From assembly GCA_002811645.1 (NCBI GenBank), contig PDIP01000011.1, positions 190,435 to 254,434 of the forward strand: a stretch of 64,000 nucleotides of DNA. The letters are read 5' to 3'. The stretch is from Corallochytrium limacisporum Hawaii (taxonomy: Eukaryota > Protista > Pluriformea). The notes beneath the pieces are model-generated. The model saw only the letters and a program-made list of their open reading frames with translations. It had not been told where the DNA came from and searched no databases. Of this stretch, positions 21,741 through 32,983 are shown in pieces. Numbering within the stretch: the stretch's first letter is position 1; each line of letters opens with the position of its first letter. Position numbers and translations under genes: made by a program.

Positions 21741-22210
21741 TGTGTTCTGTATGAATTTGTGCTTGAATACTTTTGGGGTACTCCGATTCTTTATGTGATT
21801 ATTAGACTGTCATTATACGAACCCGAGAAATACTTGTCAACGGTCCATAATGTACTCTACTTTTAGCTTTATGCAGGTTGAAATAACACATGACCTGTCT
21901 TTCTTTACATAGCCAAGACCCTGCAAACAGCATTCCTACAGTATCGCTCCGCCCCTTAAAATGCGATCAGAAACAACAATTGTTAGTCTTATTGATATTG
22001 CGTCTTCGTAAATTTATTTCACTGGACGCCGGCAACAAAATGTGGGTGAGACTTTGTCAGGCAGCGAAACTGAAAGAAAAAAAGAAAGGCAGAAGGAAGA
22101 ACTGGACCTCTCCGCAGTGCTGTCCAAGTCGTCGGCTAAAGGGGCGGGGAGTCTACTTTTACGGGCCGGGCCTACTGGGAAGCGCATCGGGTTGAGACTC
22201 GCGATTTTTT

Positions 22211-22250
22211 TTTCGCGGAGACTTTTTGCGAGTTTTCAAAGTTTTCGCGC
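22211..22250 (-). promoter_or_regulatory. E2F/CDE + CHR composite element and second E2F site upstream of PDS5
   Basis: Minus strand GCGCGA-AAAC-TTTGAA (22235-22250); TTTCGCGG at 22211-22218; another GCGCGAAAA at 22509-22517. Confidence 0.55.
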
Positions 22251-22660
22251 TCTTGGCCTTCTGCAGTACACTGAGTACGAAATACGAAAGGCCACACAAG
22301 CTGAGGTGACAGTCTCAGCACAAGGGTGGGAGAGGGAGGGAGTAGGGCGCTCTAGGCGGGGAGGGGCTCAGTCTATTTGTTTAGTACAGAACTCCCGAGA
22401 TTACTGGGAACCTTGCAGAAGATAATACATTTTCTATCGGTGAGCTCAGATATACTCGGAGGGACACAAGCGGCCCAGTGGGTCCCTTTCCCGCCATTCG
22501 AGCGCTTTGCGCGAAAACCAGCCCCCATTTCCCACCTGCTCTGAACAAGCTGTAACCCTATTGAAAATCATCATCAGTTGGATTAATGATTGCGAGTGGT
22601 ATATAGTTGTGTCTATTAGGAGCTGACCAACGCTTCCACCATTTGGCCGTACCGTATGTG

Positions 22661-25600
22661 CTATGCCGTCAATAGTCTAAAGCCACGAACATCGTCCGGC
22701 AAAGTATGAATGGTCCAAGTTTGATCGTGGTCCAGTTCCAGCGATCGTGGATACTTCGCAATAAAGTCCGTACCCGTCACTGTACTACCCTTCACTTCGA
22801 CAAGGACGCTGTTCTGCAGTAGATCCCTTAGGGTGAAAGCGCTTGACGCAAAGGTGTCCGCATTGGAGCACAGATCTGCCGCAGTGGCAAGGGTCTGGAT
22901 CGAGCTGCTCAGTTTACAGTCTAGCACCCGACGCCGCACGGCAAGAATCACCCGTGGATCGTGGACCGCAAGGGTACTGATACCGAGGACATCGTATCCA
23001 CATGGAATTGGAGCCCCGAGTAGTGAAGTAGTACCCACCGATAACGCCGCGGTCGATTTTTGGCTTGCTGCAGCCTGGCCTGTCCAGGCCAGGGTCTGCA
23101 CCGCAGGCCTCAAGAGTCGCTGGTGCAAGAGATGGGCCCAAAGTGACATCTCCGAGGTCTGTTGGGAGGCCGGGATCGCAGAGTTTGCGGCAGCGCCTGC
23201 CCCTTTAGCATCAAACTCGTACTGCAGCAGCATTCCTACACTCTCTGTGAATCCGTGTACAAATACACGGTCCTTATCAGAAGCATCTTCTCCCCGTCGC
23301 ATGATTGTGGATCGGTCAAAGTGCATCGATAGTCTACCCTGATCTGGATAATCGAAGGAGGCGATGGAATTGACGACTACTTGTCCTTGCTTCGCTTCGC
23401 TATGCAGGATCATGTCGCCTACCCCGAGGTCTGCATAGAAGGGTATAGTCCCTGAGTTTCCACCACCAGCACCAACGACTTGCACACTCCACGGTGAGGT
23501 CCACCACTCGCCGCGGATCAGTCTAAATTCGACACTGTAAGCCATCAGCGGGTCCACTGTGTGATCGGTGATAGTGACCGTACGCAGAAGGGTGTTCATT
23601 GCCCGCTGGTCAGCCGCAATTGCGACGTGCTGTTGCTTCAACAATGGCCCATCCACGATAGCAGTGGCCACAGATGTGCAGCCAGGGTCAGGACATAACT
23701 CTTCTCGAAGTTCGTGCGTGACCTCTTGTGCGTCCTGAACAAACGATGCCTTGAAGGTGATCGTCTCCAAAGCTCCTCGCGCGTTGAAAGCGAGCACGAC
23801 ATTCTCTGTAGCCAGACTCGCTGCCTCGGATATCACCCATTTGGTTTTCGCACTCACAGCGGTGCATTCCTCTGAATTGGTGCCCTCCATGACGTCTGCC
23901 TCGACCCAAAGACTAGTGAATGCAGTCGCAGGCAAATCAACGTATACGTAGACTTGGTACCAACCCGGTACCGCCTGCTGCTCTTCCATCGCATCCTGGT
24001 TGATTACGGGGTTTATCTGGATGGGCAACTTTTTCCTTTCAAAATCCGTCACCGTCACACAGGGCACGTCGGTGACAAAATCAATCAGACGCTTCTGATT
24101 GACCACATCAGAATTATAAACCTGCAAGGCTCGGATCTGCGTCTTTAGGCCTTTGTCAGCGTCTTGGTTTTCTGCCTCATTGTTCTTTCCTGGCTGTCCA
24201 AAGATAATCAGCTGCGTTCCCAACGTTCTCGCCAGATTCTTGGGGCTCTCCGGCTGAAGAAGATTTTCAGAGGGTACCTGACTGCCACCATCTCGAATAA
24301 AAACCATAAGCTGGCTGGCAATCACCCGCATATTCATCAATTCATGTGCGTTTACGACGTCGCGGACTTCCATGAGCAGTGCCTGGGTTGCCTTGCGGAT
24401 GCGTTGATTCAGGCCCTCGCTCAGGGGCCACGTCTGGCCGGTTCGTTTGGCCACATTTAAAGCTCGAACCAGGAGCTGATCTACAGTAGTGATCAGTGCC
24501 ACGCCATGCCGCGACGCCAGTGGAGGCGGAGGCAAGGACCGTAGAAGTTCCGGTGCATCTATCTTCGGTAAGCCCCCGCGGAAATTCGCAAACGATGGGC
24601 TAAGCAGATTGGCTTCTGATCGCGTCACCTTGCGCACAATTTCAAAATATTGTTTGAAGCTCTGGATATGCCCTTGGACCTTAAGCTCTGCTCGTTTATG
24701 GTTGATGGTACCGAGTAGCTTCTCGAAGGCGCGGAAGACATAGCGGGCCTCCGCCGCGGTTTGGAACCGATCTTGTCCACCCATGGGCACGAGAACCTGA
24801 GACGTTGGGTACAGCTGTGACTTCTTCAGCAGCTGCTCAGTGTACCGGTTTCCAAGCTCAGCCACGATCTCGTCGTCGGCTGGAAAGACCGGCAGTGACG
24901 GTGCTTGCTGCTGATCACCAGTACTAGTTGTTGGACACTGAAAGCGTCCCAGTGCTTGTGTGCTCGGTGCCTCCATAAAGGGTACGAGCTGCGTGAATTC
25001 CAATTCACCGGCGTCCGATGCCTTTTGGTCTCTATTCTCATTGCGATAATCCATCACCGCGGCCGCAATTGTCCTGCCAAAGTCGAGCTCGCAGCATACG
25101 GTATGGCTCGGTCCACAGCTGTGTAAAGGTTCGGTGGAGGCATAAGGTTCAATGTGGATCAACAGTTCACTGATTCCATATACGTCTGTGCTACTGCGTA
25201 GGCCGAATTCGTGCTGTCCTTTTCGTTTTCCTGGGGCAGGCAAGCTTAAATGCTGCTTCAGTCGACGAGAGACGTCATTGACGATGAAATTGTGCACTCC
25301 ACTTCGCTTCAGCAGCAACGCCTGCGCCTCTGATAGTCCCGCGAATGATGACGGGTCCTCATCATAAACCATTGCAGACTCTCCCATTGGCAGATTTTTC
25401 GGTGTTGTCCCAAAGGTTCCTACGTGTGGGAGAAAAGCAGCACTTGGACGGTAGGACAGGTGCTGCGATAGCCATTGGTGGCCTTCTCTGAGTTGCAGCC
25501 ACAGCGTTTGCGGATCCATGTCCGTGCGGAACATCGCCCAAGTGCCAGTTGTGACTTCTAAACAACCATCCTTTACAAGTGATCGCACCAAACTCTTGCT

Positions 25601-26329
25601 CAGTCGCCTCTCTGCTCGTTGGTCAGCACTCTCTGGTAGACCATCAAACCATTGGGCCAGCCAATGCACACCGCCGGCCCAAGCAAAGTGCCGTCGTCGT
25701 CCCTTGGACTCTGCAAGAATCGAAACCGCTGAAGAGAGAATTGCAGCGGCCTTGCTCTGTGCTTCGATGTCGTCATCGGTGACGAACGAATAGGGTACCA
25801 CGACAGCCGTGACCAGGGCCCCTCCCATTTGATCACGATTGACCTCGCGGTCAAGAGCCCGTCCAATGTCATCTATCCCTCCAACATCTGTCACTAGATC
25901 TCGTAGTAAAGGAGATGTACTGAGTGAGGTGCTGTCCATCGCTGTGGTGCAGCCGTCTTCCCGCACATCGATGGCAGCTTCCTCGATGGGTTGTGCCCAC
26001 TGCGGGTCCGGCGTTTGATCTGCAGAGTCAGGACCATTCAAAGCATCTTTCAGGTACGTTGGAATACGCCAAAGTGCGTGGTATTCGTCTGCTCCAAAGT
26101 CTAATGGATCCCCTATCTCAGAATTCAAATGGTCAAAGGTTGCGCTCTGGAATTCTTCAAGCGCGGGCCCAACATCTTCGACGTCCAAGTTATGGTACCG
26201 GATGGCATCCTCTGCGGAGAGACCCAACACCACCGATTTGTTCTGTACGTTTTTGCCTGCGGCGCTGACCAAGAGGACAGCCGTAGTGGACCACAGTACG
26301 GCGCACAGTCCGCTACTTCGTCCTTTCAT
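22661..26329 (-). CDS. GH38 alpha-mannosidase II-like protein, probably catalytically inactive, 1222 aa
   Basis: N-terminal signal peptide; GH38 framework motifs LEVTTGTWAM, QLREGHQWL, HSCGPSHTVCCELDF, VLVPMG; catalytic and Zn-binding residues not recognisable. Confidence 0.8.
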   Translation of the reverse strand: MKGRSSGLCAVLWSTTAVLLVSAAGKNVQNKSVVLGLSAEDAIRYHNLDVEDVGPALEEFQSATFDHLNSEIGDPLDFGADEYHALWRIPTYLKDALNGPDSADQTPDPQWAQPIEEAAIDVREDGCTTAMDSTSLSTSPLLRDLVTDVGGIDDIGRALDREVNRDQMGGALVTAVVVPYSFVTDDDIEAQSKAAAILSSAVSILAESKGRRRHFAWAGGVHWLAQWFDGLPESADQRAERRLSKSLVRSLVKDGCLEVTTGTWAMFRTDMDPQTLWLQLREGHQWLSQHLSYRPSAAFLPHVGTFGTTPKNLPMGESAMVYDEDPSSFAGLSEAQALLLKRSGVHNFIVNDVSRRLKQHLSLPAPGKRKGQHEFGLRSSTDVYGISELLIHIEPYASTEPLHSCGPSHTVCCELDFGRTIAAAVMDYRNENRDQKASDAGELEFTQLVPFMEAPSTQALGRFQCPTTSTGDQQQAPSLPVFPADDEIVAELGNRYTEQLLKKSQLYPTSQVLVPMGGQDRFQTAAEARYVFRAFEKLLGTINHKRAELKVQGHIQSFKQYFEIVRKVTRSEANLLSPSFANFRGGLPKIDAPELLRSLPPPPLASRHGVALITTVDQLLVRALNVAKRTGQTWPLSEGLNQRIRKATQALLMEVRDVVNAHELMNMRVIASQLMVFIRDGGSQVPSENLLQPESPKNLARTLGTQLIIFGQPGKNNEAENQDADKGLKTQIRALQVYNSDVVNQKRLIDFVTDVPCVTVTDFERKKLPIQINPVINQDAMEEQQAVPGWYQVYVYVDLPATAFTSLWVEADVMEGTNSEECTAVSAKTKWVISEAASLATENVVLAFNARGALETITFKASFVQDAQEVTHELREELCPDPGCTSVATAIVDGPLLKQQHVAIAADQRAMNTLLRTVTITDHTVDPLMAYSVEFRLIRGEWWTSPWSVQVVGAGGGNSGTIPFYADLGVGDMILHSEAKQGQVVVNSIASFDYPDQGRLSMHFDRSTIMRRGEDASDKDRVFVHGFTESVGMLLQYEFDAKGAGAAANSAIPASQQTSEMSLWAHLLHQRLLRPAVQTLAWTGQAAASQKSTAALSVGTTSLLGAPIPCGYDVLGISTLAVHDPRVILAVRRRVLDCKLSSSIQTLATAADLCSNADTFASSAFTLRDLLQNSVLVEVKGSTVTGTDFIAKYPRSLELDHDQTWTIHTLPDDVRGFRLLTA

Positions 26330-28118
26330 TTTGGACAGGCGCGGATCATGTCAGAAACATGATGTGTGTTCCCGACAAAAAAAATTAGCAAAAATCTCTC
26401 TGTGTATTACATCATCAAATGAGAATTTGTACACAAGACTGTTCCAAGCCATAAATCTACTGTTGGAGGAAGCATTTAATGCCGAACACAATCAGCAGAC
26501 TTTGAAGTAGATTCTTTCGCCCAAGTACACTCCCGGCGACAACACTCGCGGAGCAGCGGAGCAACGTCCGGACCGTCCAGTATCCAGTACTAAAACTACT
26601 GAATTTTTGAATCTTCATACTAAACATACCTCATAAATGGGGGCCTATTTACCCTTTGTCTGCGAAGAGTAACGGACGGAAAACAGCCAATCTCTCCCCC
26701 AACGGTCGGTCGCCTGTAGGTAGGGGCCAGGTCCAGCACCTTTCTACGGTGAACAATAGCCGTCGGCAATTGTTGAAAGCGCGGTTTGACAGGTAACAAG
26801 TTGACAATTGGTGGTGCGAAGGCAGCCATCCACGGAGCACGGCAATTCCAGTATACTGAAAATTAGCACTTTTTGGAGGCACTGCGGTCGAATGTGCCAT
26901 CGTTCGCGACACAGGTATGTTCTAGTTGAGATAGTGGACGCTGCGCTGTGTTCACCAGTGGCTCACTGGTCTTGGTACTTTCAGTATCGGGTTCATGTTC
27001 ACACGCGTAACCTGTGCCCGTGCTGGTCACTTTTTGCACGACGCAATGATAGAATCACCACTTAGGACGTCTCTGTGGTCTGGTGGTACTGGCTAGGGAT
27101 TAGACCATACAGTGTTTAATTCAAACAACTGGTCGAAATGTGAATAGTGAAAATTGACGGTCTCTGGAGCTCGACGAACAGGCATGATCACGTCTCGTCT
27201 TCCTATCGTCGAATATGATATGATGACATCTCCATGCGGGCACAAATAAAGAAACGGTTCTTAGCCCTCAACTAAGATTTTCCCCATGACACCTGCTGTG
27301 CGTGCTCTCTGTATTCACATTGTCTGTCACGTACAGCAAAGTGAGGCCGCGTCCACTGTTCCAATAAGTCGCATTCCCTAAAACATCGCCCGAGTCCGGG
27401 GCCGTAGCTGTGTCGCACACGCACACGCACACACGCTCACGGCAGAGGGCACCAGATTTAAAGGGCAGAAACAGCCACATCCCAGATAGGAAGCAGTGGA
27501 AGACCTGTGTCCACTTGCCACTTGATGGTACCACGCCACCAATGTCTCTCGCCAACAAGGAAAAGAAAAGACTGGCACGAAGGTGTACTGGTATGGTGGT
27601 ACCTAATACCAACCCCTTGTCTGCTGCGTGGCACTTTTATCTTCACTGCGTGTTCGGTGGCGGGAGAAGGAAATGTAGACACCTCTCATGTTCCCCCCCC
27701 CCCCCCAGCCTCCCCCCTGATCACTCACGGCCCTCTTCCCGCGGGACGGATGGTGGGCCGAGGTGACCGAGTGGAGCCATAGTGGAACTATGGGCCTCCC
27801 CACACCCACACCCGCCCTTTGCCTCAGTACCCCCACCCCCACCCCCAACTTCTTCCCAACCAGTACAGTACACGCGATCAACCGGCGTCGGGAAATTTTG
27901 CACGGGGTTGTGTTTGTGCTGGCATGAGAGTGTTTGAGGACTCATACGGAGACGGTTTCATTGCTCTCGGCTTGGAATAGGTTACAGCTTTAAGACCTCT
28001 GGACTCAATGACAGGTACAACAGGATGATCGTTGATATAACATGGTATATGAGACTGCAAGCTCCGAAACAGAAAAACTTCTATTTTTATCCAATACAAT
28101 CCCACAAAAACAGCAACC

Positions 28119-28493
28119 ATGGTTAAGGAAATCGAATCTACTGAGGTCGCTCAGCACAACACCCGCAACTCCGTGTGGTTGACCATTCACGGCAAGGTTT
28201 ACGACGTGACCGACTTCATGGACGAGCACCCTGGTGGTGAGGAAGTTTTGCTCGAGGTTGCAGGCCGTGATTCTACGTCTGAGTTCGAGGACGTTGGTCA
28301 CTCCCCGAACGCCGTCGACATGATGGACAAATACCTGGTTGGAAGTCTGAAGGGAGCAGAGCAGGTCGACATCAAGAAGCTCACTGAGCAAAAGGAGGCT
28401 AAGTTGTCTGCCGGCGGACAGGCTGGCATCTTCCCCGGTGTCTTTGTTCTGCTGGGAGTTCTGGCTCTTGCCGCTGCCATCTTCTACATGTAA
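28119..28493 (+). CDS. CYB5: Cytochrome b5, tail-anchored
   Basis: WLTIHGKVYDVT, EHPGG and FEDVGHS heme motifs; C-terminal transmembrane anchor. Confidence 0.97.
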   Translation: MVKEIESTEVAQHNTRNSVWLTIHGKVYDVTDFMDEHPGGEEVLLEVAGRDSTSEFEDVGHSPNAVDMMDKYLVGSLKGAEQVDIKKLTEQKEAKLSAGGQAGIFPGVFVLLGVLALAAAIFYM

Positions 28494-29208
28494 AGAACAC
28501 AGCATCATGGAAAATGATTAACAAAAAGCAAACTCTCTCCATCAAAACCGAATTCATGGTCCGCTCTGTTCATGGGACTAAATTGTACCTACAAAATCCT
28601 GCATTCATTATGCACATATACATTCAACCAGACACTAAGTGAAAGCGAAAGTTCGAATGAAATCAAACCTTTGAATTGACAAAGGAAACAGGCACAGGAG
28701 ATCATGAGGAGCAATTCCATCTGACTTGGAGGTTCATCTAGGTCCTGCTGTCTCCTGTCCTTCTGTCAGTCATCGGGTCTGTATCATGCTTTCATGATCA
28801 ACAAGGGAGGAATAAATCTGACTTCCCTTTGAACAAGAACGCAATATGTTTAATTGTCAAAAGTATTCGAAGGATGTATAGGCCGAGCGCATCCACTGCA
28901 CTAGGGGACCACGGAATCACTAGGTGGTTTCGTGCAAAAGGGGCATATGACCGATCAAGGGAGGTAACTGAGCGGAGTATGGTGCACCATGGCGTATACC
29001 ATGCAGGATTTTCTGCAAGTTTTGGAACCAGCCTTGTTCTTCCGTTCTTCGTGCCTTTATTCCTTCTTGTGCTCTGCAATCGGGGTCGGTTTGGCAAAGC
29101 TCCTTTTCGTCACATAATCTGATAGCTGATAATTTACTAGGGTGTTTCATTTTGAGTCTACATAACGTTTTTCTGATGGTAGCTTGCTTGTTTATGCTGA
29201 ATGCACTT

Positions 29209-31761
29209 TCATTGCTTAGACTTCGATGACTTCAGATGGGTCTTCTTTACGTACGCTGGCTGGAAGGGTCCGGTCTCATCATTGCTGCTTGAAGGGCTTC
29301 CATCGCCGCCCGTGTCACCTCCGGGGGCCAGCTCCTGTCCGTAGTTTCGAATCTCAGACTCGTAGGGGTGCTCTTTGTGTCCCCGTTTTTCGCCCAGAAT
29401 CCGTACAAGGTCCTCGTAGTGCAGAACTTCCTTTTCCAGAAGGACCTCGGCCAGCTTCTTCAACCCATCCAGGTGCTCGTGGATAATATTCTTGGTACGA
29501 TCGTAGGCCTGATCAACTAGGTCCATCACTTCCGCGTCAATGCGCTTGGCAGTTGCATCACTGTATGGTTTGACATGCGGATCACGGGGGTCACTCTGAG
29601 GCCATGAAATGTTACCAATGTTAGAGTTCATGCCATAGTACGTAATTTGCGAATAGGCCATGCGTGTGACCTTCTGCAGGTCGTCCGTGGCTCCAGTAGT
29701 GATGCGACCAAATATGATCTCTTCGGCGGCACGGCCTCCGAGGGTCATGCACATGCGATCCATCAGCTCTTCTGTCGAGTACAAGTATTGATCAGTGGGT
29801 AGATACTGAGCAAATCCCAAGGCAGCATTGCCACGTGGGATGATGCTGACCTTCAGCACTGGGTCACAGTGCTCGAGGAACCATCCGACGATGGCATGGC
29901 CGGCCTCATGGTTGGCCACAATCTCGCGCTCCTGTGTGCTCAACACGCGGCTCTTCTTCTCCAGGCCGGCAATAACTCGGTCGCACGCGTAATCGAAATC
30001 TGTGCGATCAATGGCTTCTTTGCCCAGGCGAGCTGCATGCAGAGCTGCTTCGTTGCAAACGTTTGCAATGTCTGCACCGCTAAAGCCTGGTGTCAAGGCA
30101 GCCATCCGATCCACTAGAGACTCCACTGGTACTGCCAGCTCCAAGGGACCCAGATGTACCCGGAAGACATCCTTGCGTTCGTTAATGTTAGGCAGATCGA
30201 TGGCTACTTGGCGGTCGAAACGTCCGGGCCGTAGCAAGGCCTTGTCCAGAATGTCAACCCGGTTGGTTGAAGCCAACACCACCACTCCGACAGAAGTGTT
30301 GAAGCCATCCATTTCCACAAGCAGTTGATTCAGAGTGTTCTCACGCTCACTGTTGCCACCTTGCATACTCGAATTGTTGCGCGCCCGACCAATGGCGTCA
30401 ATCTCATCAATGAAAATGATACATGGACTATTGCCACGAGCCTGGTTGAATAAATCACGTACACGCGCAGGACCAACACCGACAAACATCTCCACAAAAT
30501 CGGAGCCGCTCATAGAGTAGAACGGCACCTGGGCCTCACCAGCAATGGCCTTCGCCAGCAGGGTCTTACCAGTACCGGGCGGTCCCACCAATAGCGCTCC
30601 CTTGGGCACCTTGGCTCCGAGGCTGGTGAATTTTTCCGGAGTCTTCAGGTATTGCACAAATTCTAGAACTTCAGCCTTGGCCTCATCCATACCAGCGACA
30701 TCGCTCAATTTGACCTTGTGCTGACTGGGACTCTGGGCGTTTATAACCGTGGCATTGGCCTTGCCGAAACTGAAGGGACTGCCTCCCTGCTGTCCACCAC
30801 TGCCACTTCCGAGACCACCGACACCGCCTCCAACGCCACCACGGACGCGATTCAGCAGCACGAAACTGATACCCAGCACAACAATCATCGGAAGCAATGA
30901 CAGCACCTCACTCAAGAACACATTTTCTTGTTGAAAGGTAATGGGAATCCATTGGTCCAGGGGAATATTCAATTCTTCTTGTGCGGCTGTCATTTTTGCC
31001 TCAAAGTTCTCGACGCTGCCAATGGTGAACTGGTACGACGGAGTTCCTGGTCGCACAGGCACTTCCTGCCCCTTAATTATGGCCCCTGGATGTAAATAGA
31101 CATAGACTGCATCTTTGGCTGCACTGACCTCGAGCTTTTGTACCTCTCCGTTGGCAAGCATTTCGGTGAAGAACTCCTGCCAGCTGACCTCTCGGCTGCT
31201 GCTACCAGAGCCTGCGCTTGGGCTCAACAAAAGCATTGTACCAAAAAGCAGTGCAGGGAAGAGCAATTGACTCATGTTCGGGGGGTTTGGACTGCCTGGA
31301 GGAGGCACGCCCGGTCCCTGGGGCCCGCCTCGATTCCCTTGCGGTGCACCCGGCGGTGGTGGTGGTGGGGGTCCCTTACGGCTCTGTGATGATGTTCCTG
31401 AACTTCCGTGATTTTGCTTTGAACGATGGGCATGCGGTCCCTCCAGCTTACTACCGGGCCGTGTTCCTCCTGTGGGCTGCTGGCCAAAGAAAGCTTGATT
31501 CTGTGTTGTGGAGGATAACTGGCCTTCGCGAGATCTCAACTGCTTGGCCAGATTACGAGGTAAGCCCGGAGTCTTTCCGTCACTATAGACAAACCGTTCA
31601 AAATATTTTGGCGCTGTGATGTTCAATCTACTATTGTAGAACCGCTGTTGGTGTACAACTGCACTCTTTGCGTTGTGCACTGCCACACTTCGGGCAGTAT
31701 TGGCCGCCACTCCATGGACGGCCACCAGTGGTCTACCACGGATTCCCATGCCACACAGCAT
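29209..31761 (-). CDS. SPG7: Paraplegin-like mitochondrial m-AAA protease subunit
   Basis: Presequence, 2 TM segments, Walker A GPPGTGKT, Walker B IIFIDEID, SRH, HEAGH zinc motif; EMLANGEV..VYLHPGA and DVAGM resemble SPG7 more than AFG3L2. Confidence 0.9.
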   Translation of the reverse strand: MLCGMGIRGRPLVAVHGVAANTARSVAVHNAKSAVVHQQRFYNSRLNITAPKYFERFVYSDGKTPGLPRNLAKQLRSREGQLSSTTQNQAFFGQQPTGGTRPGSKLEGPHAHRSKQNHGSSGTSSQSRKGPPPPPPPGAPQGNRGGPQGPGVPPPGSPNPPNMSQLLFPALLFGTMLLLSPSAGSGSSSREVSWQEFFTEMLANGEVQKLEVSAAKDAVYVYLHPGAIIKGQEVPVRPGTPSYQFTIGSVENFEAKMTAAQEELNIPLDQWIPITFQQENVFLSEVLSLLPMIVVLGISFVLLNRVRGGVGGGVGGLGSGSGGQQGGSPFSFGKANATVINAQSPSQHKVKLSDVAGMDEAKAEVLEFVQYLKTPEKFTSLGAKVPKGALLVGPPGTGKTLLAKAIAGEAQVPFYSMSGSDFVEMFVGVGPARVRDLFNQARGNSPCIIFIDEIDAIGRARNNSSMQGGNSERENTLNQLLVEMDGFNTSVGVVVLASTNRVDILDKALLRPGRFDRQVAIDLPNINERKDVFRVHLGPLELAVPVESLVDRMAALTPGFSGADIANVCNEAALHAARLGKEAIDRTDFDYACDRVIAGLEKKSRVLSTQEREIVANHEAGHAIVGWFLEHCDPVLKVSIIPRGNAALGFAQYLPTDQYLYSTEELMDRMCMTLGGRAAEEIIFGRITTGATDDLQKVTRMAYSQITYYGMNSNIGNISWPQSDPRDPHVKPYSDATAKRIDAEVMDLVDQAYDRTKNIIHEHLDGLKKLAEVLLEKEVLHYEDLVRILGEKRGHKEHPYESEIRNYGQELAPGGDTGGDGSPSSSNDETGPFQPAYVKKTHLKSSKSKQ

Positions 31762-32983
31762 GGTTTATACTATTTGTTCTCTGTGTTGACGGTTGTATTT
31801 CTTTAACAAGACATTATAATAGGTTGTGTCCTAATGTTGATAATACATTCTCACCCAACCCGAAATAACAACTCACATGGGGGTATGTCCGTCAATGTTT
31901 TGAGCAAAAGAATTAAATTCAATGCAGATGATTTATACCTGCACGTAGAATGTTTGATGTGGTAAATAAGTGACAGGTACTCGAATTTGAGAGCCTGCTC
32001 GAGAAGAGCTCTGTACGGAGAGACCCTAGTATTCCGGAAGCGAACGCAGCTTCCCTATCATCTTCCACATTCCGTGCCCTTTCCCCAACTACAGAACCTC
32101 GTCAGGCAACTCGTGCCTTTGCCTCCTTTACCCAAATGGTCGTCAGCCAAGACTTCTGGCGATAACACCAGGCAGGTAGCGGAAATGGTCAGACGGTTTT
32201 GCTGTTCGTGACGGGCCTAGAATCACAGTACACTCACAGTGGGTGTGCACAGAAAGAAAGGGGTGTGGGGCGAGAGACTCACAAGCTGGCCTCCGCTGGG
32301 ACCAATGCCAGGCAATGGGAGTACGAAAGAGACGAGAACTAAAATTCTAGTGCTACGCTGAGAAACCCAGATCACTTGCAGAACAAAGAGTCTCTTCGTT
32401 CGTCACCGTTGGTCTGTTGACAAAGTGAATAGGGAGCTGTAGCATTTATTACTGATTGTTGAACTTCCCGGGAAGGGGGGGAGGGAGAGAAAGAAAGGGG
32501 GTCATTCCCTGTGGGTCTGTAGCCGTCTGGCAAACCGAAGTGAATAACTAAAGCCTGATGATTATAGCATGAGCCACAAAGATGAATTCAAATTAATTAG
32601 AAATTAGAATTTGGATCGGGGTTCAGTTATATTGAATCCGCTCATCTGTCTCCTGGACTGGGAGTGCTTAGGTGACATCGTTCGCAGCCAGGTTGGCAAT
32701 GAGTACGGTGTTCAAGTGGAAAAGGTTCACCATGGAAGACCCACGGGCACGGCTGTTCGGATAGGTGCGTTTGAAATCGTTGCGAGTATTGATCAAGATC
32801 TTATGTGAGTACAAGAAATGACAGATGATCCACTGTTCATCATCTACCGAACACTACTATTATATCCTGTAAGCTTTGCCTTGTATGGTTGTTGGAACTC
32901 AAGAATAGCAAGAGTGGCTCATTCTAAGTGCTCACTACTTGTGATGATTTGTATTCCTGCTGTCTGCAGACCGGAAGGTACCT

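Noticed and set aside
28829-29122. 97-aa ORF with a hydrophobic C-terminus between CYB5 and SPG7
   Set aside because: Non-ATG start, no motif, lies in converging 3' regions
32569-32808. ATG-initiated frame with an internal TAG and a GTGAGT donor-like end between SPG7 and GMPR
   Set aside because: No recognisable homology; overlaps the probable GMPR 3' region; cannot support readthrough or a spliced gene
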